64,000 bases of DNA from Eledone cirrhosa (lineage: Eukaryota): contig OZ024743.1 of assembly GCA_964016885.1 (NCBI GenBank), positions 79,112,001 to 79,176,000 on the forward strand, in the 5' to 3' direction. A program made the translations under genes and the position numbers. The stretch's first letter is position 1. Each line of letters starts with the position of its first letter. The notes beneath the pieces were generated by a model, which saw only the letters and a list, made by a program, of their open reading frames with translations, did no database searches and was not told where the DNA came from. This document shows positions 12,101-27,100 of this stretch, in pieces.

Positions 12101-15100
12101 CTCCATATAATATATCTCTGAGTGATGTGAAGTCATATAGGAAGATGTTAGTCACTGTCTCCATATAATATATCTCTGAGTGATGTGAAGTCATATAGGA
12201 AGATGTTAGTCACTGTCTCCATATAATATATCTCTGAGCCATGTGAAGTCATATAGGAAGATATTAGTCACTGCCTCCATATAATATATCTCTGAGTCAT
12301 GTGAAGTCATATAGGAAGATGTTAGTCACTGTCTCCATATAATATATCTCTGAGTGATGTGAAGTCATATAGGAAGATGTTAGTCACTGTCTCCATATAA
12401 TATATCTCGGAGTGATGTGAAGTCATATAGGAAGATGTTAGTCACTGTCTCCATATAATATATCTCTGAGTGATGTGAAGTCATATAGGGAGATGTTAGT
12501 CACTGTCTCCATATAATATATCTCTGAGTGATGTGAAGTCATATAGGAAGATGTTAGTCACTGCCTCCATATAATATATCTCTGAGCCATGTGAAGTCAT
12601 ATAGGAAGATGTTAGTCACTGTCTCCATATAATATATCTCTGAGTGATGTGAAGTCATATAGGGAGATGTTAGTCACTGTCTCCATATAATATATCTCTG
12701 AGTGATGTAAAGTCATATAGGAAGATGTTAGTCACTGCCTCCATATAATATATCTCTGAGCCATGTAAAGTCATATAGGAAGATGTTAGTCACTGTCTCC
12801 ATATAATATATCTCTGAGTGATGTGAGATCATATAGGAAGATGTTAGTCACTGTCTCCATATAATATATCTCTGAGTCATGTGAAGTCATATAGGAAGAT
12901 GTTAGTCACTGTCTCCATATAATATAACTCTGAGTGATGTGAAGTCATATAGGAAGATGTTAGTCACTGTCTCCATATAATATATCTCTGAGTGATGTGA
13001 AGTCATATAGGAAGATGTTAGTCACTGCCTCCATATAATATATCTCTGAGTGATGTGAAGTCATATAGGAGGATGTTAGTCACTGCCTCCATATAATATA
13101 TCTCTGAGTGATGTGAAGTCATATAGGAAGATGTTAGTCACTGCCTCCATATAATATATCTCTGAGTGATGTGAAGTCATATAGGAAGATGTTAGTCACT
13201 GTCTCCATATAATATATCTCTGAGTGATGTGAAGTCATATAGGAAGATGTTAGTCACTGTCTCCATATAATATATCTCTGAGTGATGTGAAGTCATATAG
13301 GAAGATGTTAGTCACTGCCTCCATATAATATATCTCTGAGCCATGTGAAGTCATATAGGAAGATGTTAGTCACTGTCTCCATATAATATATCTCGGAGTG
13401 ATGTGAAGTCATATAGGAAGATGTTAGTCACTGTCTCCATATAATATATCTCTGAGCCATGTGAAGTCATATAGGAAGATATTAGTCACTGCCTCCATAT
13501 AATATATCTCTGAGTCATGTGAAGTCATATAGGAAGATGTTAGTCACTGTCTCCATATAATATATCTCTGAGTGATGTGAAGTCATATAGGAAGATGTTA
13601 GTCACTGTCTCCATATAATATATCTCCGAGTGATGTGAAGTCATATAGGAAGATGTTAGTCACCGTCTCCATATAATATATCTCTGAGTGATGTGAAGTC
13701 ATATAGGAAGATGTTAGTCACTGTCTCCATATAATATATCTCTGAGTGATGTGAAGTCATATAGGAAGATGTTAGTCACTGTCTCCATATGACATATCTC
13801 TGAGTGATGTGAAGTCATATAGGAAGATGTTAGTCACTGTCTCCATATGACATATCTCTGAGTGATGTGAAGTTATATAGGAAGATGTTAGTCACTGTCT
13901 CCATATAATATATCTCTGAGTGATGTGAAGTCATATAGGAAGATGTTAGTCACTGTCTCCATATAATATATCTCTGAGTGATGTGAAGTCATATAGGAAG
14001 ATGTTAGTCACTGTCTCCATATAACATATCTCTGAGTGATGTGAAGTCATATAGGAAGATGTTAGTCACTGTCTCCATATGACATATCTCTGAGTGATGT
14101 GAAGTTATATAGGAAGATGTTAGTCACTGTCTCCATATAATATATCTCTGAGTGATGTGAAGTCATATAGGAAGATGTTAGTCACTGTCTCCATATAATA
14201 TATCTCTGAGTGATGTGAAGTCATATAGGAAGATGTTAGTCACTGTCTCCATATAATATATCGCTGAGCCATGTGAAGTCATATAGGAAGATATTAGTCA
14301 CTGCCTCCATATAATATATCTCTGAGTCATGTGAAGTCATATAGGAAGATGTTAGTCTCTGTCTCCATATAATATATCTCTGAGTGATGTGAAGTCATAT
14401 AGGAAGATGTTAGTCACTGTCTCCATATAATATATCTCGGAGTGATGTGAAGTCATATAGGAAGATGTTAGTCACTGTCTCCATATAATATATCTCTGAG
14501 CCATGTGAAGTCATATAGGAAGATATTAGTCACTGCCTCCATATAATATATCTCTGAGTCATGTGAAGTCATATAGGAAGATGTTAGTCACTGTCTCCAT
14601 ATAATATATCTCTGAGTGATGTGAAGTCATATAGGAAGGTGTTAGTCACTGTCTCCATATAATATATCTCCGAGTGATGTGAAGTCATATAGGAAGATGT
14701 TAGTCACTATCTCCATATGACATATCTCTGAGTGATGTGAAGTTATATAGGAAGATGTTAGTCACTGTCTCCATATAATATATCTCTGAGTGATGTGAAG
14801 TCATATAGGAAGATGTTAGTCACTGTCTCCATATAATATATCTCTGAGTGATGTGAAGTCATATAGGAAGATGTTAGTCACTGTCTCCATATAACATATC
14901 TCTGAGTCATGTGAAGTCATATAGGAAGATGTTAGTCACTGTCTCCATATGACATATCTCTGAGTGATGTGAAGTTATATAGGAAGATGTTAGTCACTGT
15001 CTCCATATAATATATCTCTGAGTGATGTGAAGTCATATAGGAAGATGTTAGTCACTGTCTCCATATAATATATCTCTGAGTGATGTGAAGTCATATAAGA

Positions 15101-18100
15101 AGATGTTAGTCACTGTCCCCATATAATATATCTCTGAGTGATGTGAAGTCATATAGGAATATGTTAGTCACTGTCTCCATATAATATATCTCTGAGTGAT
15201 GTGAAGTCATATAGGAAGATGTTAGTCACTGTCTCCATATAATATATCTCTGAGCCATGTGAAGTCATATAGGAAGATGTTAGTCACTGTCTCCATATAA
15301 TATATCTCTGAGCCATGTGAAGTCATATAGGAAGATGTTAGTCACTGTCTCCATATAATATATCTCTGAGCCATGTGAAGTCATATAGGAAGATGTTAGT
15401 CACTGTCCCCATATAATATATCTCTGAGCCATGTGAAGTCATATAGGAAGATGTTAGTCACTGTCTCCATATAATATATCTCTGAGTGATGTGAAGTCAT
15501 ATAGGAAGATGTTAGTCACTGTCTCCATATGACATATCTCTGAGTGATGTGAAGTCATATAGGAAGATGTTAGTCACTGTCTCCATATAATATATCTCTG
15601 AGTGATGTGAAGTCATATAGGAAGATGTTAGTCACTGTCTCCATATGACATATCTCTGAGTGATGTGAAGTCATATAGGAAGATGTTAGTCACTGTCTCC
15701 ATATAATATATCTCTGAGTGATGTGAAGTCATATAGGAAGATGTTAGTCACTGTCTCCATATAATATATCTCTGAGTGATGTGAAGTCATATAGGAAGAT
15801 GTTAGTCACTGTCTCCATATAATATATCTCTGAGTGATGTGAAGTCATATAGGAAGATGTTAGTCACTGTCTCCATATAACATATCTCTGAGTGATGTGA
15901 AGTCATATAGGAAGATGTTAGTCACTGTCTCCATATAATATATCTCTGAGTGATGTGAAGTCATATAGGAAGATGTTAGTCACTGTCTCCATATAATATA
16001 TCTCTGAGTCATGTGAAGTCATATAGGAAGATGTTAGTCACTGTCTCCATATAATATATCTCCGAGCCATGTGAAGTCATATAGTAAGTTGTTAGTCACT
16101 GTCTCCATATAATATATCTCTGAGTGATGTGAAGTCATATAGGAAGATGTTAGTCACTGTCTCCATATAATATATCTCTGAGTCATGTGAAGTCGTATAG
16201 GAAGATGTTAGTCACTGTCTCCATATAATATATCTCTGAGTGATGTGAAGTCATATAGGAAGTTGTTAGTCACTGTCTCCATATAATATATCTCTGAGTC
16301 ATGTGAAGTCATATAGGAAGATGTTAGTCACTGTCTCCATATAATATATCTCTGAGTCATGTGAAGTCATATAGGAAGATGTTAGTCACTGTCTCCATAT
16401 AATATATCTCCGAGCCATGTGAAGTCATATAGGAAGTTGTTAGTCACTGTCTCCATATAATATATCTCTGAGTGATGTGAAGTCATATAGGAAGATGTTA
16501 GTCACTGTCTCCATATAATATATCTCTGAGCCATGTGAAGTCATATAGGAAGATGTTAGTCACTGTCTCCATATAATATATCTCTGAGTGATGTGAAGTC
16601 ATATAGGAAGATGTTAGTCACTGTCTCCATATAATAAATCTCTTAGTGATGTGAAGTCATATAGGAAGACGTTAGTCACTGTCTCCATATAATATATCTC
16701 TGAGTGATGTGAAGTCATATAGGAAGATGTTAGTCACTGTCTCCATATAATATATCTCTGAGTGATGTGAAGTCATATAGGAAGATGTTAGTCACTGTCT
16801 CCATATAATATATCTCTGAGTGATATGAAGTCATATAGGAAGATGTTAGTCACTGTCTCCATATAATATTTCTCTGAGTGATGTGAAGTCATATAGGAAG
16901 ATGTTAGTCACTGTCTCCATATAATATATCTCTGAGTGATGTGAAGTCATATAAGAAGATGTTAGTCACAGTCTCCATATAATATATCTCTGAGTGATGT
17001 GAAGTTATATAGGAAGATGTTAGTCACTGTCTCCATATAATATATCTCTGAGTGATGTGAAGTCATATAGGAAGATGTTAGTCACTGTCTCCATATAATA
17101 TATCTCTGAGTGATGTGAAGTCATATAAGAAGATGTTAGTCACAGTCTCCATATAATATATCTCTGAGTGATGTGAAGTTATATAGGCAGATGTTAGTCA
17201 CTGTCTCCATATAATATATCTCTGAGTGATGTGAAGTCATATAGGAAGATGTTAGTCACTGTCTCCATATAATATATCTCTGAGTGATGTGAAGTCATAT
17301 AGGAAGATGTTAGTCACTGTCTCCATATAACATATCTCTGAGTGATGTGAAGTCATATAGGAAGATGTAAGTCACTGTCTCCATATAATATATCTCTGAG
17401 TGATGTGAAGTCATATAAGAAGATGTTAGTCACTGTCCCCATATAATATATCTCTGAGTGATGTGAAGTCATATAGGAATATGTTAGTCACTGTCTCCAT
17501 ATAATATATCTCTGAGTGATGTGAAGTCATATAGGAAGATGTTAGTCACTGTCTCCATATAATATATCTCTGAGTGATGTGAAGTCATATAGGGAGATGT
17601 TAGTCACTGTCTCCATATAATATATCTCTGAGTGATGTGAAGTCATATAGGAAGATGTTAGTCACTGCCTCCATATAATATATCTCTGAGCCATGTGAAG
17701 TCATATAGGAAGATGTTAGTCACTGTCTCCATATAATATATCTCTGAGTGATGTGAAGTCATATAGGGAGATGTTAGTCACTGTCTCCATATAATATATC
17801 TCTGAGTGATGTAAAGTCATATAGGAAGATGTTAGTCACTGCCTCCATATAATATATCTCTGAGCCATGTAAAGTCATATAGGAAGATGTTAGTCACTGT
17901 CTCCATATAATATATCTCTGAGTGATGTGAGATCATATAGGAAGATGTTAGTCACTGTCTCCATATAATATATCTCTGAGTCATGTGAAGTCATATAGGA
18001 AGATGTTAGTCACTGTCTCCATATAATATAACTCTGAGTGATGTGAAGTCATATAGGAAGATGTTAGTCACTGTCTCCATATAATATATCTCTGAGTGAT

Positions 18101-21100
18101 GTGAAGTCATATAGGAAGATGTTAGTCACTGCCTCCATATAATATATCTCTGAGTGATGTGAAGTCATATAGGAAGATGTTAGTCACTGCCTCCATATAA
18201 TATATCTCTGAGTGATGTGAAGTCATATAGGAAGATGTTAGTCACTGCCTCCATATAATATATCTCTGAGTGATGTGAAGTCATATAGGAAGATGTTAGT
18301 CACTGTCTCCATATAATATATCTCTGAGTGATGTGAAGTCATATAGGAAGATGTTAGTCACTGTCTCCATATAATATATCTCTGAGTGATGTGAAGTCAT
18401 ATAGGAAGATGTTAGTCACTGCCTCCATATAATATATCTCTGAGCCATGTGAAGTCATATAGGAAGATGTTAGTCACTGTCTCCATATAATATATCTCTG
18501 AGTGATGTGAAGTCATATAGGAAGATGTTAGTCACTGTCTCCATATAACATATCTCTGAGTGATGTGAAGTCATATAGGAAGATGTTAGTCACTGTCTCC
18601 ATATAATATATCTCTGAGTGATGTGAAGTCATATAGGAAGATGTTAGTCACTGTCTCCATATAATATATCTCTGAGTCATGTAAAGTCATATAGGAAGAT
18701 GTTAGTCACTGTCTCCATATAATATATCTCCGAGCCATGTGAAGTCATATAGGAAGTTGTTAGTCACTGTCTCCATATAATATATCTCTGAGTGATGTGA
18801 AGTCATATAGGAAGATGTTAGTCACTGTCTCCATATAATATATCTCTGAGTGATGTGAAGTCGTATAGGAAGATGTTAGTCACTGTCTCCATATAATATA
18901 TCTCTGAGTGATGTGAAGTCATATAGGAAGTTGTTAGTCACTGTCTCCATATAATATATCTCTGAGTCATGTGAAGTCATATAGGAAGATGTTAGTCACT
19001 GTCTCCATATAATATATCTCTGAGTCATGTGAAGTCATATAGGAAGATGTTAGTCACTGTCTCCATATAATATATCTCCGAGCCATGTGAAGTCATATAG
19101 GAAGTTGTTAGTCACTGTCTCCATATAATATATCTCTGAGTGATGTGAAGTCATATAGGAAGATGTTAGTCACTGTCTCCATATAATATATCTCTGAGCC
19201 ATGTGAAGTCATATAGGAAGATGTTAGTCACTGTCTCCATATAATATATCTCTGAGTGATGTGAAGTCATATAGGAAGATGTTAGTCACTGTCTCCATAT
19301 AATAAATCTCTTAGTGATGTGAAGTCATATAGGAAGACGTTAGTCACTGTCTCCATATAATATATCTCTGAGTGATGTGAAGTCATATAGGAAGATGTTA
19401 GTCACTGTCTCCATATAATATATCTCTGAGTGATGTGAAGTCATATAGGAAGATGTTAGTCACTGTCTCCATATAATATATCTCTGAGTGATATGAAGTC
19501 ATATAGGAAGATGTTAGTCACTGTCTCCATATAATATTTCTCTGAGTGATGTGAAGTCATATAGGAAGATGTTAGTCACTGTCTCCATATAATATATCTC
19601 TGAGTGATGTGAAGTCATATAAGAAGATGTTAGTCACAGTCTCCATATAATATATCTCTGAGTGATGTGAAGTTATATAGGAAGATGTTAGTCACTGTCT
19701 CCATATAATATATCTCTGAGTGATGTGAAGTCATATAGGAAGATGTTAGTCACTGTCTCCATATAATATATCTCTGAGTGATGTGAAGTCATATAGGAAG
19801 ATGTTAGTCACTGTCTCCATATAACATATCTCTGAGTGATGTGAAGTCATATAGGAAGATGTTAGTCACTGTCTCCATATAATATATCTCTGAGCCATGT
19901 GAAGTCATATAGGAAGATGTTAGTCACTGTCTCCATATATTATATCTCTGAGTGATGTGAAGTCATATAGGAAGATGTTAGTCACTGTCTCCATATAATA
20001 AATCTCTTAGTGATGTGAAGTCATATAGGAAGACGTTAGTCACTGTCTCCATATAATATATCTCTGAGTGATGTGAAGTCATATAGGAAGATGTTAGTCA
20101 CTGTCTCCATATAATATATCTCTGAGTGATGTGAAGTCATATAGGAAGATGTTAGTCACTGTCTCCATATAATATATCTCTGAGTGATATGAAGTCATAT
20201 AGGAAGATGTTAGTCACTGTCTCCATATAATATATCTCTGAGTGATGTGAAGTCATATAGGAAGATGTTAGTCACTGTCTCCATATAATATATCTCTGAG
20301 TGATGTGAAGTCATATAAGAAGATGTTAGTCACAGTCTCCATATAATATATCTCTGAGTGATGTGAAGTTATATAGGAAGATGTAAGTCACTGTCTCCAT
20401 ATAATATATCTCTGAGTGATGTGAAGTCATATAAGAAGATGTTAGTCACTGTCCCCATATAATATATCTCTGAGTGATGTGAAGTCATATAGGAATATGT
20501 TAGTCACTGTCTCCATATAATATATCTCTGAGTGATGTGAAGTCATATAGGAAGATGTTAGTCACTGTCTCCATATAATATATCTCTGAGTGATGTGAAG
20601 TCATATAGGGAGATGTTAGTCACTGTCTCCATATAATATATCTCTGAGTGATGTGAAGTCATATAGGAAGATGTTAGTCACTGCCTCCATATAATATATC
20701 TCTGAGCCATGTGAAGTCATATAGGAAGATGTTAGTCACTGTCTCCATATAATATATCTCTGAGTGATGTGAAGTCATATAGGGAGATGTTAGTCACTGT
20801 CTCCATATAATATATCTCTGAGTGATGTAAAGTCATATAGGAAGATGTTAGTCACTGCCTCCATATAATATATCTCTGAGCCATGTAAAGTCATATAGGA
20901 AGATGTTAGTCACTGTCTCCATATAATATATCTCTGAGTGATGTGAGATCATATAGGAAGATGTTAGTCACTGTCTCCATATAATATATCTCTGAGTCAT
21001 GTGAAGTCATATAGGAAGATGTTAGTCACTGTCTCCATATAATATAACTCTGAGTGATGTGAAGTCATATAGGAAGATGTTAGTCACTGTCTCCATATAA

Positions 21101-24100
21101 TATATCTCTGAGTGATGTGAAGTCATATAGGAAGATGTTAGTCACTGCCTCCATATAATATATCTCTGAGTGATGTGAAGTCATATAGGAAGATGTTAGT
21201 CACTGCCTCCATATAATATATCTCTGAGTGATGTGAAGTCATATAGGAAGATGTTAGTCACTGCCTCCATATAATATATCTCTGAGTGATGTGAAGTCAT
21301 ATAGGAAGATGTTAGTCACTGTCTCCATATAATATATCTCTGAGTGATGTGAAGTCATATAGGAAGATGTTAGTCACTGTCTCCATATAATATATCTCTG
21401 AGTGATGTGAAGTCATATAGGAAGATGTTAGTCACTGCCTCCATATAATATATCTCTGAGCCATGTGAAGTCATATAGGAAGATGTTAGTCACTGTCTCC
21501 ATATAATATATCTCTGAGTGATGTGAAGTCATATAGGAAGATGTTAGTCACTGTCTCCATATAATATATCTCTGAGTCATGTGAAGTCATATAGGAAGAT
21601 ATTAGTCACTGTCTCCATATAATATATCTCTGAGTGATATGAGATCATATAGGAAGATGTTAGTCACTGTCTCCATATAATATATCTCTGAGTGATGTGA
21701 GATCATATAGGAAGATGTTAGTCACTGTCTCCATATAATATATCTCTGAGTGATGTGAAGTCATATAGGAAGATGTTAGTCACTGTCTCCATATAATATA
21801 TCTCTGAATGATGTGAAGTCATATAGGAAGATGTTAGTCACTGTCTCCATATAATATATCTCTGAGTGATGTGAAGTTATATAGGAAGATGTTAGTCACT
21901 GTCTCCATATAATATATCTCTGAGTCATGTGAAGTCATATAGGAAGATGTTAGTCACTGTCTCCATATAATATATCTCTGAGTGATGTGAAGTCATATAG
22001 GAAGATGTTAGTCACTGTCTCCATATAATATATCTCTGAGTCATGTGAAGTCATATAGGAAGATGTTAGTCACTGTCTCCATATAATATATCTCTGAGTC
22101 ATGTGAAGTCATATAGGAAGATGTTAGTCACTGTCTCCATATAATATATCTCTGAGTCATGTGAAGTTATATAGGAAGATGTTAGTCACTGTCTCCATAT
22201 AATATATCTCTGAGTGATGTGAAGTCATATAGGAAGATGTTAGTCACTGTCTCCATATAATATATCTCTGAGTGATGTGAAGTCATATAGGGAGATGTTA
22301 GTCACTGTCTCCATATAATATATCTCTGAGTGATGTGAAGTCATATAGGAAGATGTTAGTCACTGCCTCCATATAATATATCTCTGAGCCATGTGAAGTC
22401 ATATAGGAAGATGTTAGTCACTGTCTCCATATAATATATCTCTGAGTGATGTGAAGTCATATAGGGAGATGTTAGTCACTGTCTCCATATAATATATCTC
22501 TGAGTGATGTAAAGTCATATAGGAAGATGTTAGTCACTGCCTCCATATAATATATCTCTGAGCCATGTAAAGTCATATAGGAAGATGTTAGTCACTGTCT
22601 CCATATAATATATCTCTGAGTGATGTGAGATCATATAGGAAGATGTTAGTCACTGTCTCCATATAATATATCTCTGAGTCATGTGAAGTCATATAGGAAG
22701 ATGTTAGTCACTGTCTCCATATAATATAACTCTGAGTGATGTGAAGTCATATAGGAAGATGTTAGTCACTGTCTCCATATAATATATCTCTGAGTGATGT
22801 GAAGTCATATAGGAAGATGTTAGTCACTGCCTCCATATAATATATCTCTGAGTGACGTGAAGTCATATAGGAAGATGTTAGTCACTGCCTCCATATAATA
22901 TATCTCTGAGTGATGTGAAGTCATATAGGAAGATGTTAGTCACTGCCTCCATATAATATATCTCTGAGTGATGTGAAGTCATATAGGAAGATGTTAGTCA
23001 CTGTCTCCATATAATATATCTCTGAGTGATGTGAAGTCATATAGGAAGATGTTAGTCACTGCCTCCATATAATATATCTCTGAGTGACGTGAAGTCATAT
23101 AGGAAGATGTTAGTCACTGCCTCCATATAATATATCTCTGAGTGATGTGAAGTCATATAGGAAGATGTTAGTCACTGTCTCCATATAATATATCTCTGAG
23201 TGATGTGAAGTCATATAGGAAGATGTTAGTCACTGTCTCCATATAATATATCTCTGAGTGATGTGAAGTCATATAGGAAGATGTTAGTCACTGCCTCCAT
23301 ATAATATATCTCTGAGCCATGTGAAGTCATATAGGAAGATGTTAGTCACTGTCTCCATATAATATATCTCGGAGTGATGTGAAGTCATATAGGAAGATGT
23401 TAGTCACTGTCTCCATATAATATATCTCTGAGCCATGTGAAGTCATATAGGAAGATATTAGTCACTGCCTCCATATAATATATCTCTGAGTCATGTGAAG
23501 TCATATAGGAAGATGTTAGTCACTGTCTCCATATAATATATCTCTGAGTGATGTGAAGTCATATAGGAAGATGTTAGTCACTGTCTCCATATAATATATC
23601 TCCGAGTGATGTGAAGTCATATAGGAAGATGTTAGTCACCGTCTCCATATAATATATCTCTGAGTGATGTGAAGTCATATAGGAAGATGTTAGTCACTGT
23701 CTCCATATAATATATCTCTGAGTGATGTGAAGTCATATAGGAAGATGTTAGTCACTGTCTCCATATGACATATCTCTGAGTGATGTGAAGTCATATAGGA
23801 AGATGTTAGTCACTGTCTCCATATGACATATCTCTGAGTGATGTGAAGTTATATAGGAAGATGTTAGTCACTGTCTCCATATAATATATCTCTGAGTGAT
23901 GTGAAGTCATATAGGAAGATGTTAGTCACTGTCTCCATATAATATATCTCTGAGTGATGTGAAGTCATATAGGAAGATGTTAGTCACTGTCTCCATATAA
24001 CATATCTCTGAGTGATGTGAAGTCATATAGGAAGATGTTAGTCACTGTCTCCATATGACATATCTCTGAGTGATGTGAAGTTATATAGGAAGATGTTAGT

Positions 24101-27100
24101 CACTGTCTCCATATAATATATCTCTGAGTGATGTGAAGTCATATAGGAAGATGTTAGTCACTGTCTCCATATAATATATCTCTGAGTGATGTGAAGTCAT
24201 ATAGGAAGATGTTAGTCACTGTCTCCATATAACATATCTCTGAGTCATGTGAAGTCATATAGGAAGATGTTAGTCACTGTCTCCATATGACATATCTCTG
24301 AGTGATGTGAAGTTATATAGGAAGATGTTAGTCACTGTCTCCATATAATATATCTCTGAGTGATGTGAAGTCATATAGGAAGATGTTAGTCACTGTCTCC
24401 ATATAATATATCTCTGAGTGATGTGAAGTTATATAGGAAGATGTTAGTCACTGTCTCCATATAATATATCTCTGAGTCATGTGAAGTCATATAGGAAGAT
24501 GTTAGTCACTGTCTCCATATAATATATCTCTGAGTGATGTGAAGTCATATAGGAAGATGTTAGTCACTGTCTCCATATAATATATCTCTGAGTCATGTGA
24601 AGTCATATAGGAAGATGTTAGTCACTGTTTCCATATAATATATCTCTGAGTCATGTGAAGTCATATAGGAAGATGTTAGTCACTGTCTCCATATAATATA
24701 TCTCTGAGTCATGTGAAGTTATATAGGAAGATGTTAGTCACTGTCTCCATATAATATATCTCTGAGTGATGTGAAGTCATATAGGAAGATGTTAGTCACT
24801 GTCTCCATATAATATATCTCTGAGTGATGTGAAGTCATATAGGGAGATGTTAGTCACTGTCTCCATATAATATATCTCTGAGTGATGTGAAGTCATATAG
24901 GAAGATGTTAGTCACTGCCTCCATATAATATATCTCTGAGCCATGTGAAGTCATATAGGAAGATGTTAGTCACTGTCTCCATATAATATATCTCTGAGTG
25001 ATGTGAAGTCATATAGGGAGATGTTAGTCACTGTCTCCATATAATATATCTCTGAGTGATGTAAAGTCATATAGGAAGATGTTAGTCACTGCCTCCATAT
25101 AATATATCTCTGAGCCATGTAAAGTCATATAGGAAGATGTTAGTCACTGTCTCCATATAATATATCTCTGAGTGATGTGAGATCATATAGGAAGATGTTA
25201 GTCACTGTCTCCATATAATATATCTCTGAGTCATGTGAAGTCATATAGGAAGATGTTAGTCACTGTCTCCATATAATATAACTCTGAGTGATGTGAAGTC
25301 ATATAGGAAGATGTTAGTCACTGTCTCCATTTAATATATCTCTGAGTGATGTGAAGTCATATAGGAAGATGTTAGTCACTGCCTCCATATAATATATCTC
25401 TGAGTGATGTGAAGTCATATAGGAAGATGTTAGTCACTGCCTCCATATAATATATCTCTGAGTGATGTGAAGTCATATAGGAAGATGTTAGTCACTGCCT
25501 CCATATAATATATCTCTGAGTGATGTGAAGTCATATAGGAAGATGTTAGTCACTGTCTCCATATAATATATCTCTGAGTGATGTGAAGTCATATAGGAAG
25601 ATGTTAGTCACTGTCTCCATATAATATATCTCTGAGTGATGTGAAGTCATATAGGAAGATGTTAGTCACTGCCTCCATATAATATATCTCTGAGCCATGT
25701 GAAGTCATATAGGAAGATGTTAGTCACTGTCTCCATATAATATATCTCGGAGTGATGTGAAGTCATATAGGAAGATGTTAGTCACTGTCTCCATATAATA
25801 TATCTCTGAGCCATGTGAAGTCATATAGGAAGATATTAGTCACTGCCTCCATATAATATATCTCTGAGTCATGTGAAGTCATATAGGAAGATGTTAGTCA
25901 CTGTCTCCATATAATATATCTCTGAGTGATGTGAAGTCATATAGGAAGATGTTAGTCACTGTCTCCATATAATATATCTCCGAGTGATGTGAAGTCATAT
26001 AGGAAGATGTTAGTCACCGTCTCCATATAATATATCTCTGAGTGATGTGAAGTCATATAGGAAGATGTTAGTCACTGTCTCCATATAATATATCTCTGAG
26101 TGATGTGAAGTCATATAGGAAGATGTTAGTCACTGTCTCCATATGACATATCTCTGAGTGATGTGAAGTCATATAGGAAGATGTTAGTCACTGTCTCCAT
26201 ATGACATATCTCTGAGTGATGTGAAGTTATATAGGAAGATGTTAGTCACTGTCTCCATATAATATATCTCTGAGTGATGTGAAGTCATATAGGAAGATGT
26301 TAGTCACTGTCTCCATATAATATATCTCTGAGTGATGTGAAGTCATATAGGAAGATGTTAGTCACTGTCTCCATATAACATATCTCTGAGTGATGTGAAG
26401 TCATATAGGAAGATGTTAGTCACTGTCTCCATATGACATATCTCTGAGTGATGTGAAGTTATATAGGAAGATGTTAGTCACTGTCTCCATATAATATATC
26501 TCTGAGTGATGTGAAGTCATATAGGAAGATGTTAGTCACTGTCTCCATATAATATATCTCTGAGTGATGTGAAGTCATATAGGAAGATGTTAGTCACTGT
26601 CTCCATATAACATATCTCTGAGTCATGTGAAGTCATATAGGAAGATGTTAGTCACTGTCTCCATATGACATATCTCTGAGTGATGTGAAGTTATATAGGA
26701 AGATGTTAGTCACTGTCTCCATATAATATATCTCTGAGTGATGTGAAGTCATATAGGAAGATGTTAGTCACTGTCTCCATATAATATATCTCTGAGTGAT
26801 GTGAAGTCATATAAGAAGATGTTAGTCACTGTCCCCATATAATATATCTCTGAGTGTTGTGAAGTCATATAGGAATATGTTAGTCACTGTCTCCATATAA
26901 TATATCTCTGAGTGATGTGAAGTCATATAGGAAGATGTTAGTCACTGTCTCCATATAATATATCTCTGAGCCATGTGAAGTCATATAGGAAGATGTTAGT
27001 CACTGTCTCCATATAATATATCTCTGAGCCATGTGAAGTCATATAGGAAGATGTTAGTCACTGTCTCCATATAATATATCTCTGAGCCATGTGAAGTCAT